A stretch of DNA of 64,000 nucleotides. Source: Podarcis bocagei (lineage: Eukaryota). Below are positions 36,276 to 50,363 of the stretch, piece by piece (position 1 is the first letter of the stretch; every line of letters begins with the position of its first letter). The position numbers and the translations under genes were made by a program. The notes beneath the pieces were generated by a model. That model was not told the origin of the DNA and did no database searches. It saw only the letters and a list, made by a program, of their open reading frames with translations. The stretch lies in the NCBI GenBank assembly GCA_964188305.1, contig OZ076887.1; one strand, given 5' to 3'.

Positions 36276-38473
36276 CAGTGTTATAACACATATAAAGCGA
36301 TTTATCTTTATGAATGTAGCTGAGTCCCAAGATTCTTTGAGGGAAACCATAACAGTTAAAGTTGCAAAAGCCATAGGTTTGTAGTGCAGATTTACTTTCT
36401 GTGGTAAGACCTGAGCTTTGGTAACTACAGAAAAATGCGAACTGGACATATTTGGGGAGTGGGGAGAAGTGCATGCTATTTTACGGGGAAAGGCTTACAA
36501 CTGAAATGCATTTGTTGTTCTTGCAGAAACTGGATGGAATAGAGTTTTGATTGAACACATTTAAACTGACATGGACTAGAAATATATCAATCTATGTACC
36601 ACTAGCTCAAAAACTAAGCACTTTTGTTCCTTTGGAACAAACAGACTTGCAAAAATGTATTCTGGTTTTATAAGTCAGTTACTTTATTTTGCCCCTTTGC
36701 ACAAAACCCCCTGCTAACATGGCTGGATAACTTACTGACATCAAAATATCTCCATTCATAAACTCCCTTATAAAGTGATTATTATAAATAGGCATGAGAC
36801 ATGCTACAGACACTGGAAGGAAGCCTATTAAAATATAACTGGAGGGCCATAATGTCCCAAAGGAGCAAGCAATCTTTTGATCTCATTATGCAAAACCTAA
36901 GTCAAAAGTATATCAGGAGGGCCTATCATTTCACACAAAGGTTAATAAGCATCTATAAATGAAAAAGTGCCATATTCTCTCTTGTTGTTTTAGTAATATG
37001 GGTTAACTGAAATAAAATAGCAGAAAGAGAAGAAAACATTCCCTATCTTATACCGAGGCATAAGCCCAGTATAAGATCCTGAGCGTAGCCCAGTTCTGGT
37101 CTAGCAGCTGGAGAATCTTAAGGTGGGATTTGCTTGATAGGATGTGAAATAATGAAGTTTATCTGACTCCTGGTGGCCAGCTGTGCATGGTAGCTGTTTC
37201 TCATGTATGGATCCCATTTTGGTTTGGATCTTGGGCATGCAAACAGAACTGTGCAAACATTTCTATTGCTAGAAGCCAGTGTGGAGATAACATTGTTGGA
37301 CTGGGCACATGCATGTACTGATTCACTAAGAGATAGTAGGAGACGTCAATTTAGGGTAGACCGGGGGGAATGACAATAGCACCCAATGATTACATAAACA
37401 TTTATAGTCTCTGAAGCTGAGGAAAGGCATTGTGTACAGTGTGGGACCACAGTTTTCCCCATTTTCATATATATAAGATCTATATAGTCCCTGCTTAATG
37501 CAGAGTTTAAAACTGATGCATGTATTTACATTTTTGCACTATTTGCTTGCAAATATGCAGGATGTTTTACTTTTTTTTCTTTGTAGCAGATACAAATCTA
37601 AATCTGTGAAATTATTTATATGACTTCTAGTGCAGGGAAAATGCTGAAGTTCTTTATTTCCTATGACAGAAATAGGAAAAAGAAAACAACACATTGTGAT
37701 TTGGTGTCTGGTATATTATTCGTGCCTGGAAGGCAAGAAAACTCAGTTACCCTTCAGGCAGTACTAATGCAATGGGAATTTTGCTGTTTGGGATTTTGTT
37801 GCCTCTTAATGTTAGAAGCAGTATTTAAAAATTTAGACTTCTCATAGTTTTAGGTTTTGTTACCCGCTTCCCCCATCTTCCCCCTCTTTCTCATCTCACA
37901 ATGAACTGGATTTTCGTCTTAGTATAAGCCAAAGATAACAGTGAGAGACAAAGTGCAAGCAATGGTATTTATTCTGTTTTGATCACTGGAATAGGAATGA
38001 AATAGCCATCATTTTGTCAAGATCTGTTTGAGATGAAATGCACTTTAAAGCTTGAATACAGTTAAAGATAAAGTTACAGTTGCAAATAATGTTTGGATAG
38101 TTGCAGTTTATAGTAAAGAAGGTTGCCAAAGCAACAGCAACAAAATCAATACACACTTAGTAAAGGTACAGCCTAATTTATAACTGCATGATCACAAATG
38201 CTTGCAGCACATATATAAATGTTTGTCACCTTTTAAATTGTAAACGTAGGTGGGATGACTTACTTGGAAGTAGTAGAAACAAACTAGTATAATAGGGAAG
38301 TGAATACTTATAACACAGTTTCAATTAATTTCAGTTTATCAATCTTATGAAGAAAGTATTATTACGATATTATGCTCTATCTTTTCGCATATTGATGAAG
38401 ACTGTCACAGGTAGGACCTTATTGGCCAGACTTGTTCCATCAGCACTGTGAAGTGACCACAGCAAAGTGAAGT

Positions 38474-38775
38474 AAAACTTCAAACATTAAAAACTGCAGA
38501 TGTCTTCTAAAAGTTGGATAGTTGTTTATTTCCTTGACATCTGATGGGAGGGCGTTCCACAGGGCAGGTGCCACTACCGAGAAGGCCATCTGCCTGGTTC
38601 CCTGTAGCCTCACTTCTTGCAGTGAGGGAACTGCCAGAACGCCCTCGGTGCTGGACCTCAGTGTCCGGGCTGAACGATGGGGGTGGAGATGCTCCTTTAG
38701 GTATACTGGGCCGAGGCCATTTAGGGCTTTAAAGGTCAGCACCAACACTTTGAATTGCGCTCGGAAATGTACTGA
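38474..38775 (-). mobile_element. L2-clade LINE 3' end
   Basis: ORF 38440-38796 FRAQFKVLVLTFKALNGLGP...ALWNALP, homologous to 2625-3050. Confidence 0.88.
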
Positions 38776-40973
38776 GAAAGAGACAGAGAACACCACAGCA
38801 CACCTCAGTTCGTTGATTTGATTTAAACTGAAATGCTGAGAGTAAGCTCCACTGAATGAAGTGGGATTTACTTCTGAGTAAAAACGAATAGGGTGGCGCT
38901 GCTAATTATGCCTCGGCTGGCTACGAAAATGTGCATTCCAATATGTCAGGCATACCACATAGAACTATTTTGATTCAGTTAGATATGGTTGAACTCTTTT
39001 AACCAGAAAGGTGTCCCCGTGTGTATAAATAAAAACAGAGACATTCCTGTGCATGAGTGGATAGGTAGAGTTGGACAGTCTATAGGCCGGGTCTGGGAGA
39101 CGTTGGTGGACAAACATAATCCAGACCATAAATGTAAATATTTTACAGGTAACTAGTATTATAATTAATTAGTTAGATTTATTCATTAGTTTTCACAAAA
39201 AAATATGTCTCAAAGCTATTTAGGATTCATGTTTAAGTACAAAAACACAGTACTTTACAAGGCTCTTCAGTCTTCGGTCTTTTTAGGTATTCCATGGGCT
39301 TTTGAAAAAGCTGCTTTTTATTTTTTAAAGGTTTTTTTTTTTAAGCTTACCTGCTTGAAAAGCCTGAAACAGTGACATAAAACAAAAGTATAACTGAACT
39401 GCTTAAAATCTAGAAGTCAAAATCAAACAATTTCCAACAAATTTATTGTGGCATAGGCATATGGAACAAGTAAGGAGATTTAAATAGATTTAACTGTGGC
39501 ATAAGCATCGCCTGAGGATTTAGAATATTGGAGTTTAATCATTCAAGTTGTTCTTTGCTCTCCACTCCCATTGGCTGGAGGACTGAGCTGGAATAAATGG
39601 ACTTATCGATTTTGCAGTATGTTGGATCCAATGCTTTTAAAATAACATTCCATCCAAACAAGACACATCAGATAAATAAGCAGTATGTGGCTTTGCTAAA
39701 AGCATGACTTCCTATCTGTAATGCTCAATTACAATTTATGCAAATTATGCTAAATGCCTGTTATATGAAGGATGCAAACTAGTGATGGCCTTTTCTTATT
39801 CTGAGTATGTTTACGATACAGCTTTTCCTGGTACTAGGAGAGAACAAAGCTTTATTTCTACCCCCTTTATCATTTTAAAATGTCATATAAACCAAAGTTA
39901 TTCATTGTTTGCTTTGCAGATAGGCCCTATATCTCCACAGCAGGAGTGATATTTGAAATAATAGGCTGATTCTATCATCAAATCATTTTCAGGCAAAACC
40001 AAGATATTTTCCACTGGGGCATAAAATATACCAAGCTCTTGCTAGCTTTTGCAGAAGGAATTATTCCTGGAATCAAGTTTGGGTTTTTTTTTGCCAATAA
40101 AGAAAACTGGAGGCTGACCTTTTTGAGGAAGTCTGGCTTTAAAAAATCCCTTCAAACCCTTACTGAAGCAGTTTAGCTCAGAATTGCAAAATTATCTGGA
40201 AACTCCTCTGCAAGTGTATGATTCGTTTTCAGAAATAATTGATATTTCTGTCTCCTATCCAGGTTTCTTAAAGTACACTTTGAAGTTAGTGATCCCAGCT
40301 GTCTACGCCAATTCTTGCCTCTGTTTCAAAAATAGTAAGACACTTTCACACATGCAGCCAGCTGTGTGGGAGGTTGCTTTTACCATGTGGCACAATTCTA
40401 CAACACAGGGGGGAGGTGTGCGTGTGAATAATGTGGTCATATAGGTGGAAGGGAACCAATTAGGTAACATAGGAACATAGGAAGCATTCTAATGATTGAT
40501 TCACTGAGCTCCGTATTATCTACACTGTGGCTCTCTAGGATTTTAGATAGGAATTTTTCCCATCCCTACCTGGAGACGCTGGTAATTGAACCTGGGACCT
40601 TCTCCATCCAAGGCAGATGCTTTGCCAATGAGTTATGGTCCTTCTCTATGCTGAAAAGATGCACAAGCTTGGATTACTTGGTGCAGGACTGAACCAAGCA
40701 GAAGTGGTTCCTTTGTGGACTGAGCCTCTATTTAATTCTTAGTTACGCAGAAACGTATCTATTACCTATCAGAGCCCTATTCAGGAGCTTGGTACTTGTA
40801 GGTACTGAATAAGTGAATGGACCAGCAGGAACAATCAGGGATAACCCTGCACCCTTCATGTCATGCACACCAGCCATTGTATGACCAGTGCCAGTCTGAT
40901 GGGTGTAGCTTCATTCATGGGATAGGACATTTGATTGTCTGGGGTTCCTGTCCCCATGCTGGAAACCCTACAC

Positions 40974-41209
40974 CATGGGTAGGCAAACTAAGGCCCGGGG
41001 GCTGGATCCTAATTCCGTCCTGTGGACGGTCCGGGAATCAGTGTGTTTTTACATGAGTAGAATGTGTCCTTTTCTTTAAAATGCATCTCTGGGTTATTTG
41101 TGGGGCATAGGAATTCGTTCATTTCCCCCCTCCAAAATATAGTCTGGCCCCCCACAAGGTTTGAGGGGCGGTGGACCGGCCCCCTGCTGAAAACGTTTGC
41201 TGACCCCTG
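40974..41209. mobile_element. hAT (Charlie-like) MITE
   Basis: CATGGGTAGGCAAAC ... GTTTGCTGACCCCTG TIRs. Perfect 8-bp TSD CCCTACAC (40966-40973, 41210-41217). Confidence 0.9.
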
Positions 41210-41808
41210 CCCTACACATATAAAAGCTGCCCCTTTAGACTGAACCTTCTCATACATTGGCCAGGGGGCATGGCCAGCACACATGGTGTGGTGATGGTTG
41301 GGGCAACCCCTTCATACGCCCAACAACTGATAGAACTCGGGTGGGAACTGATGGGAATAAGACTCTTTGAAAACTACTAAAACATCTTTTTATGGTGGAA
41401 AGGGCAGATGCAAAAGTCTCCTGACCTGTTTGTGAAGCTCTACACATACTTGTCCTATATGCTTATTTGCCGATGTAGCAAATCTTAAGGCTGATTGACA
41501 CATGCATGCATATCACTTCCCCACAAGTCACTCTGTGTCTCATTTCTCAACTCCTACCTCTATGCTTTCTCATCTTACAGCCATGGAGCATCAACTTCTG
41601 TTGATGGTTAGGAGACCCAGACTGGCTGAGACACCCCCCCCCCACCGCATATATTTTCCTTCATCCATCAGAGCTACCTTTCCTTATTCTCCAAGGCTAG
41701 GGCAATGCATCTCATCTTCACATATTCTACAGACATGTTGAAACCTCTTCTCTCTTCTTTATCCAGCAGTAAATACCCACTTCATTAAATTTTGAAAGAT
41801 TGTTGATG

Positions 41809-41812
<4 letters not shown>

Positions 41813-41868
<56 letters not shown>
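41813..41868. repeat. (GA)n microsatellite
   Basis: Direct observation. Confidence 0.95.
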
Positions 41869-41873
<5 letters not shown>

Positions 41874-42139
41874 AGGACACAACCCCAGGAGATAATTTTT
41901 GATACATTTTTCTTACATCAGAAGCGGATTTAAAGCATTCCCAAAGATCTACAGTATGTGAGTTTCCTGTCGGTGATTTACAGGCTGTGACAGAAAATCC
42001 ATTTCTGTCCCAGTAGATGCTAAATTCATTACTTTACCAAAGAAGTCAGATTCTCCACTTCTCCTTGTACTTCAGCTGGCTGCCATGGCAACCAGTGCCA
42101 GACAGTATATATGTTTTTCATTCTCCCCCTTTTTTGCAG

Positions 42140-42189
42140 ACGTACTCACATACAGCAGCAAAAATGGAATCCTTTGAAGATATTAAAAA
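42140..42189 (+). other. Candidate small exon (50 nt)
   Basis: Strong acceptor ttctcccccttttttgcag| and moderate donor AAA|GTAATC. Contains AAAATGG (MESFEDIK) at 42164. Confidence 0.25.
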
Positions 42190-44851
42190 GTAATCACTGC
42201 TTTTTATTACAAAGGGTCCTACCTAGGTTATGACCTTATGCCATATATTCTATATGATCCCAAATCTGACTAATCACTGAATAGCCTGCAGCTTTATATA
42301 TGAACAGATTTCCTTTAAAGCTGTATACAAAGAAGATTTCTCCCCCTAAATCTTCCCCCAGCTGGACATTTCAAGTCACAAGATAATATATTTGAAATGG
42401 GTCTATTACAAGTGCAATCCTAGAAATATCTACTCAAGAGTAAGCTTCACTGACATGTAAGATTGTAGATGTGGCACACTATGAAATCTGGTATACACAT
42501 TCTGCAGAATGAAAAGAGCCTGAGATGATAAAATGGACTGTACCACTTCATACTGCAGGTGGGAGGAATCACATCTTTAAATGCTCCCCTGTTTTTATAA
42601 ATATGCATTTTATAAATATGCATTGGTGTTGCCACTGGGGGATGCCTGGTTGGTGTTGACCCATGACAGGGCCTTTTCAGTGGTGGTTCCCTGGTTGTCA
42701 AATGCCTTCTTTGGTAAGGTATCGGATCATAGAATTGTAGACTTGGAAGGTACCCCAAGTCATCTGGTGCAACCTATTGCAATGCAGGAATCTCAACTAG
42801 ATCTAGATCAACTAGGTGTGTCAGTCTCTCTCATTAATCTCCCAGGCACGTGTACCACCAACCACAGTGACTCCATTTTACCATGGTTCAAGCTTATTGG
42901 CTCTCATCCAGCCCACCACTGTACCCAGGCTATGGTCCTGATCATGCACAGCCTCTCCTGACTCACATGTATGGAGAAACAGATTGAGACAAATGCTGAT
43001 GGAGGAGATTGTTCATTTTATAGCATATGTTATGAAATTAAACCACACCAGGGTAAAGCCATCTTTCTTGATCTAAGCACAAGTTAACTGTAGTTTATTT
43101 GGTAATCTCTCAAGGAGGTCTTTTTCCTAAACTGTCTATGGTTGTGCCAAAAAGGTCTGTCCATTGTCTGGTTATGAAGCACCTCTTCACTTGTAATAAA
43201 AGGCTTATTCATCATTTATTATGTAAATCCAGATTGTTTTTAAATATATTTAATATATTTAACAAAGCTAATTTTGTTATGACTTCCAATTGTTGTTTTG
43301 TTATTTTATTAATTTTTTGGAGTATCAAATTCCAGGAACGCTGGATTGTTGTACATTTCCACCACATGTAGAGATATGTACTGGGTGTGGGGCAGCTCCT
43401 CCAGCAATGTGGTGAGGCACCACAACGGATCATCACCAGCTTGCTAGGGGTTAGGTACCACCTACATATGCTCACCAAAATAAGACTTAAAGGGGCTCTT
43501 TTTGTGCAAAGTCTATTCCATTGACCTTGGTCAAATTCAGAGCCAAAATAACATTCTCATTAATGTTTAATAGGGTCAAGTGAATCAACTGTTGCACTGA
43601 CTAGAATTTTATAGATTGTGGATGTTATTCCTGGGCCTTGTCCTGCTTGTAGATATTAAAAGTGTGGATTTGGTGGAGTAGCAGCCAAGGGATTTGTAAG
43701 TTTCCTAGCCTAGTTCGTATTTCTTGGTCGGATACTGGTGTATTTCTGTTATAAAAGTCAAATAACTGATAGAGAGAGCAGATAGCCTTGTTTTTTCCTC
43801 CACTAAATCGCAACCAGGGATGAATCTATACTGTTTATTCTTACTGTTCCATAAACTTTGGAGTAGATTTATTTGAAATTTATATGAATTTGGGGCCAAA
43901 TTGCATTTTAGATAGGAATGCCAGCAAGTACTCTCATTCCAGGCAGACAAAGGCCTTGAGGATGTCCAAGGCCATGACTGCCAAGGACTGCCCATTTACT
44001 ATTTTTGATTATGTTTTAAAGTTTTCTGATTGGTTAAGTGATGTTTCAACAGGGAACAAAATCAGCTTGGTCTGGGGCTATTAGTATGTGTAAAAGTATC
44101 TTAATCCTGTTGGCTAGTACTGATGTAAAGGTTTAATCATCCTGATGAATCAGAAAGATTGCCCAAAAAGGATTCTATCTTCTGGTGGTCTTCTGGTAGA
44201 AAGCAGCTTCAAAGGAACAATTCTTTTTTTCACAGCTTCCTTACTGATGGCTTTAGAGCCATTCTGGTCAAAATTATGAGCAGACATTCCTCACATTCAA
44301 TCGCATGAAAAGGTTGTGCAGATGAGGGGACTAAATCATTGTGTACTGTTTGCTGAACTGAACATCCATCTGGGCAATGACTTCACTGTGCCATCCACTT
44401 TGCCGAGTCCTACTTCTTAGAATGTGGTATTTCTTCATGGGCAGTAGTAGCAGAAGGCTGATTCACATGGCAGTTGTGAGGTAACTGTATGCGAGATTTG
44501 GGCCACAGAAATCAAAACAGTGAAACCACTTGGAAAGTGACAGTTTCTAAAGTGTTGCCAGCATTTAAATGCCAGGATCTTATGTTATCCCAATAAGCTC
44601 CTAAAAGAGCAGAACATCTGGTTTAGATAATGGTAATCACTTCAAATATTTATTTATTTTACACCCCCAAGATTTCAGTGGGCAAAAGGACAGCAGAAGA
44701 ATAGTGCGAAAGAGATATTTTGGTTTATAACTTTTCCCCTTAATATATACACTCTCGCTCCCACACCCATTCCTTCATATACATTTAGACAATAATTATT
44801 TCCCATAAAGATATGTTTAGTAAATATTTCATGCTTACTAAGAGGTGGTGG

Positions 44852-45221
44852 TGGGGGACGCTGGTGGCGCTGTGGGTTAAAGCCTCAGTGCCTAGGACTT
44901 GCCGATCGCATGGTCAGCGGTTCGAATCCCCGCGGCGGGGTGCGCTCCCGTCGCTCGGTCCCAGCGCCTGCCAACCTAGCAGTTCGAAAGCACCCTCAGG
45001 TGCAAGTAGATAAATAGGGACCGCTGTATAGCGGGAAGGTAAACGGCGTTCTGTGTGCTGCTCTGGTGCCGGTTCGCCAGAGCAGCTTTGTCACGCTGGC
45101 CACGTGACCCAGAAGTGTCTGCGGACAGCGCTGGCCCCCGGCCTCTTGAGTGAGATGGGCGCACAACCCTAGAGTCTGTCAAGACTGGCCCGTAGGGGCA
45201 GGGGTACCTTTACCTTTACCT
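44852..45221 (+). mobile_element. Young full-length Sauria SINE
   Basis: CpG-rich, (ACCTTT) tail, 13-bp TSD TAAGAGGTGGTGG (44839-44851, 45222-45234). Confidence 0.93.
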
Positions 45222-45328
45222 TAAGAGGTGGTGGAGCCACATTTTCTAGGCAGAAATCCCTGCCTCCTTATTCAAGACTGCGAGGCCCTCTGCTCTTTCA
45301 GTTCAATGGCATTTCTTTAACTTGTTAT

Positions 45329-46189
45329 TGCGTGGACAGGCGGAGCCCCCAGATCCTGCACGGTCCCCCCGTCATGTGAATAACGACTCAAGACAACGTG
45401 CTATGGGATTAAATTGGCCACAACTTTATTAAATTTCAAATGTGGGTAGACCTTGGCTCAGGCATTGGGCGTTCTCCCTCCCCGGTCCCCAGCCGGGGAC
45501 CTAGGGAGCATCAGGGTTATCCAGTGTGTGTGTGGGGGATGGGCCGGCTCTGGAGAACATATGTTCAAGCAGAGATGGCCGCCCCTGTAACGCCGCCGCC
45601 GCAGGAGGGAGCAATGACGACCTTTCGGTGTACGGCCAAAGCCTCCCTTCAGAAAACCCCTTTAACGGGGAACCCTGGTATCGCCGCCGCAAGAGGAAGA
45701 TGGACAAAAGGATTCCGCCCAAGGCCTGATACCGCCAAAGTTGTGACGTTTTGCTACGGGAAAGGCGAAACCTGCCAATGCAGGGAAATTCCTTTCCGGC
45801 CCTTTAACAGCGACCTTAACGTAGCAGCGCCCGCATACCTGTGAAGAAAAGTTAACCTGCAAAACCTGTGAAGAAAAGTTAACCTGCAGAATAAGACCTT
45901 AACTGAGGGTGGGTAGGGTGGGAGAAGCTCTGGAGCCAAGTGTGGATTCCTAGGTAAGATCCTCCCTCTATTGTGTGGGCAGGTAATCCCTCCCCTACCT
46001 GGCCTGGTCTCCTTGGCAACGCTTCCCCCAGGTGGGATTGGACAACTGACTGAGGTAGGTGGAGACCTCCAGGTATCCCACCTGAGGGAAGGCAAAGCCA
46101 AGCCTATGCTGTTGGAGCCGCTCCAGATCTAGGGGCTGCACGCGCCCACGCAAAGGGCGCCCCCCATTTTAAGCGGGGAGCGGTCATTA
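45329..46189 (-). mobile_element. Young LTR-like repeat without TSD, probably DIRS/Ngaro terminal repeats
   Basis: CpG-rich. Minus-strand AATAAAGTTGTGGCC and aggaattt...tagcaaa.cgtcacaactt blocks are shared with 59945-60770. Imperfect inverted repeats TTGCGTGG...AGATC near both ends. No TSD found. Superfamily call is tentative. Confidence 0.5.
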
Positions 46190-47987
46190 CTCCAAGTAGT
46201 CTAGAACTGAACCAGGCTTACTGAAACAGACTAGAGTTCAAGCATTCTCAGCCTTGGCTCAAATGCTGTATTGAACAGAATCGGGACCGTGAGTGCCCCT
46301 GCCACTATGTTAAACACACATAACCTGTAATGAAAGTCTTGCAGCATTTTTCCTTGTCAAGCTATTCATTGAAATATATTGTAGACTTTTTTTTATCTTG
46401 AGTGTAAACAATTCAACATCCAAATGTTTAAAAGTAAAGATATATTTTTAAAGGGCTTTGTACTCAATTCCTTAAAATCCATCTATCAATTTTCCTATCT
46501 CTCTACGATTGGCAGTAGCAAGAGTTTTTCACATTGCACACAAACACATGCCTTTTTGCTGTTAACAGATGTATTTCATGCTAATTCAGGTAAGGCCCAT
46601 TTCGTAAGTTTCTGGAAGGGCTTCACCATGAAAATATTGTCCATGCTACTGAAAAATTCAGAAATGCTTATTCAGCAGAAAGTGCAGAAGCTGCCTCCCC
46701 TGCCCTTCAGGTTCTTTCCCCCCTCTCTCTCACTTACCTAGCAAAGTTGCTATAGGAACAAAGTAGCTCCCCATACCTCCTTCTTTTCATGATCTGCCAG
46801 CAAGGTTTGAACCTGGTGCTAAAATCTTTCTTCCTGCAAGTACAGTAAAGATATTTCTTCAGCGCTTAGACATATTATTGGAAAGGGGAAAATGTGTGTG
46901 TGTGTGTGTGTGCATCTACCAGTTGGCTGATTTGTGTCCTTCAAGGAACTAGATGGTATATTGTTTGCAAGATTTCGTTTGTGGCGTATGCCAGAATTTG
47001 TTACCAATCTCATGCTTCACCTAATGATGTGAATAAAGTTTTTTGTGTTAATAGGTCAATGAGTTGAATCCTCTAATTTTCATTCCTTTGGGTCCTCTTT
47101 CTCTCTTGCCTGCTATAAAAAGATGTGTGAATAAAGAACTGCAAACATAAAAGCATAATAATGTACCATATAAAACTAACCGTACGGTTAGTTACTTGTA
47201 ATATTTACACATTTACAACCCCTATAGCAGTAGTTATATATCTTTATGTTTGCAGCAAGAAAATACTGGTGGCATACATACATTCATTCTCTTCCACTTC
47301 ACCCCAGTTCACAATCCCCAGTGCTTATCATTTAAACACACAACGGTTTCTCGGTACTGAACTTACAGCTCTGAGGATCTATAAGCTGAGGAACTATTTG
47401 TGAAAGAGGGAACTGCAGGTTATTTTTATTACTGATTTAGGGATTAGCAGCCACCTTCTGGCTGGGATCAAAAGATGGCCGACTTAATTCTAGACACTGA
47501 ACCTGTATTTCTCAAATAGGCCCCCTTTCCCAACGCCATTTGGCAAACTCCATTTGACACTGAGCGGTGTTTCAAAAAAGGAGCTTGTGATACAGCAGGC
47601 AGCGCCTGCCGTTCAAAGTATAAAAGTAAAACAAACAAACAAACAAACAAAAAACTCACTGAGCGTGCCCAACTTTTGCATGCTGCATGCATCTAAAGTT
47701 GCTTGTGGAATGCTAGCCAATATATGTTTTAAATCACACGTGGGCAATCCAGAGGTGGCATGCTGCCCTTAGTCTCTGTGAAGCCCTTCCAGTGCCTCTG
47801 AGCCCTGTCTGTTACCACCACCAAAGCTGCAGCGAGAAACAAGAGCAAGCATGAAGGGTTGTTCTAACCAAAGAGCATGGTGCCTAGAGTGGGTTGTCTC
47901 TGCCCAGCTTCCTTCCTGACAGCTTCTTCGTTCTCTCTTGTTGGCTTGTCTGTTTTTCATTGTGGTGGCACAAATGTATGCTGCAGG

Positions 47988-48150
47988 CAGTGCCGGATTT
48001 ACTAAACAAGCTATAGCTTAGGGCCCCACTCTCTTACCCCCCCCAAAAAACCTGGATCTACATTTCCAAAATATAAGATAAAAAACAAATAAAATAAAAC
48101 CTGCATACAGCAACAGTGTTTTGTGTTGTGTAGGCTCCTATGATGCAAGT
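47988..48150. mobile_element. Truncated hAT MITE (same family as 5403-12021)
   Basis: cagtgccggattta...aaacctgcatacagcaacagtgttttgtgttgtgtaggctcc. Confidence 0.88.
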
Positions 48151-48817
48151 ACTGTACATACCTGTACTACATGGCCCTTATGTTGTTTTTCCTGATATAC
48201 AATAATCCCAAGGGAAGTCTTTATTTCTAAGTAACCCAATAATTTAAATGGTACTTACATACGACAAGGTTAGAGTTGTTTGTAATGATTTGGGGAAGAT
48301 TATATTCAGTTCACAGTTAAAAACAATCCTGTCTAATCCACACTTTATGAAACAATATGCAAAGCAAAATACAGCAATCCTTCAAAGTTCACAATTATCC
48401 AAATTTTGTGATGTAGTTTTCCAATCACACGGTGGTTACAAAAATGCATTATAGTAGGGAAAATTGCTTGCAAAAATGTGTCCATTCATCAAAACTGTAT
48501 CAGAAAATGTGTTTATGGGGGGGGGGGGACCACACTAAAATGTTGCAGAATTTTCATGAGGATTAAAAAAATATTGAATTTTGCTGCAGAAATGTGGAGA
48601 ACTGAATTTAAAATCGGAAAAACAAGAAACCAAGAAAGACAAAATGGACAGATCCATTTAGTTCTAAACATATTTACTTAGTAATAAACTTTCTGGAAAT
48701 ATATATATTTAAGCTGGTTTAGATGTTACTGTTCCCCTATGCAGACTACAGAAAGCACCTTACTTTGTTGTTATGAGAGCACATGTGTTGGGCATATATA
48801 ACATTCAAGGTAATTTG

Positions 48818-49145
48818 TGGGAGCGGGTGACACTGTGTTCTAAACCACTGAGCCTCTTGACTTTCCAATTGGAAGGTTGGGGGTTCAAATCTGTTCAACG
48901 TGGTGAGCTCCCATTGCTCTGTCCCAGCTTCTGCCAACCTACCAGTTTGAAAGCATACCAGTGCAAGTAGATAAATAGGTACCACTGTGGTGGGAAGGTA
49001 AATGGCATTTCCATGCGTTCTGGCACTCGTCACGGTGTCCTGTTGCGCCAGAAGCGGTTTAGTCATGCTGGCCACATGACCTGGAAAGCTGTCTGTGGAC
49101 AAACGCCGACTCTCTTGGCGTTTGTAAGATGAGCACTGCACCCGA

Positions 49146-49194
<49 letters not shown>

Positions 49195-49302
49195 TCTATA
49201 CCACTTTACATTTTTAAGAAAAATCTCAAAGCGGTTTACAGAATATTAAAAGGTCACCTTTGGACTTAACTGTCCAGTTGTCCTTCACCTTCCCCCCTAC
49301 CT
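48818..49302 (+). mobile_element. Sauria SINE interrupted by (ATT)n and a LINE-type tail
   Basis: Sauria core at ~48960, (ATT)n at 49147-49192, decayed TSD tataac(a/g)ttcaa. Confidence 0.85.
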
Positions 49303-50003
49303 TATAACGTTCAAAATAGGAACCAACAACTGTTGACTCCTGGATCAAATCCTTCTCCCTGGGGGATAATATGTGGTTCCTCTTTAGCCCTTCATGTGGG
49401 GCAGAAATATTTCCCTGGAAAAATATATAATATACAAATTGGCTCCAATTTCCAAAATAATGAGTTGAGTCCAGCCTTAGCCATGCTTAGAACATACCCA
49501 TTAAAATACATTAAAAGTCATTTCAGTGGATCTACTCTAATGTGGACCTCTTCAAATGTTGACAGTTCCAAACCAACACAGCCAATGGTGATGGAAGCTG
49601 TAGTCTAGTAACATTTGGCAGGCATGTTTTCAACTATCCCTAATCTACTGGATGCATGGCTATGGCTGCAATTATACATGGACTTTCTTCAAAGGAAGCA
49701 TCAATGAACTCTGTGGGGCTTACTTTTGGATAGACATTCATAGGATTGTGATATAAGTTGGGATCCAACCCAATGAGTTAGCAGTTCCCCTATGCAGACC
49801 ACAGAGAGCACCTAAGGAAGATAGTCCATAAACGGACAGTGGCTTGTCAACTATTCTGCCATAAACTTTAAAATACTAACGATAATTTTCTGCTCCTTAT
49901 CATAACATGACTTTGTATTCATTAGTACTCTTTGTACTCCATGGGTTTGAATATGTTAATAGCACAGTCTTCCACAAAAATAAATCCAATGTGATTTATT
50001 CAC

Positions 50004-50363
50004 AGGATGCAGGTGGCGCTGTGGTCTAAACCACAGAACCTAGGGCTTGCCGATCGGAAGGTTGGCGGTTCGAATCCCCGAGACAGGGTGAGCTCCCGTT
50101 GTTTGGTCCCAGCTCCTGCCAACCTAGAAGTTCAAAAGCACGTCAAGTGCAAGTAGATAAATAGGTACCGCTCCGGCGGGAAGGTAAATGGGGTTGCCAT
50201 GCACTGCTCTGGTTCGCCAGAAGCAGCTTAGTCATGCTGGCCACATGACCCAGAATCTGTCTGCAGACAAACGCCGGCTCCCTCGGCCTACAGAGCGAGA
50301 TGAGCGCTGCAACCCCAGAATCATCCGTGACTGGACCTAACGGTCAGGGGTCCCTTTACCTTT
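50004..50363 (+). mobile_element. Sauria SINE
   Basis: Head ggtggcgctgtggtctaaacc, B-box ggttcgaatcc, core and tttaccttt tail. Confidence 0.92.

Noticed and set aside
44135-44160. Hammerhead ribozyme core (CTGATGA...GAAA)
   Set aside because: No stem I, no pairable stem II and no correctly placed UH cleavage site.
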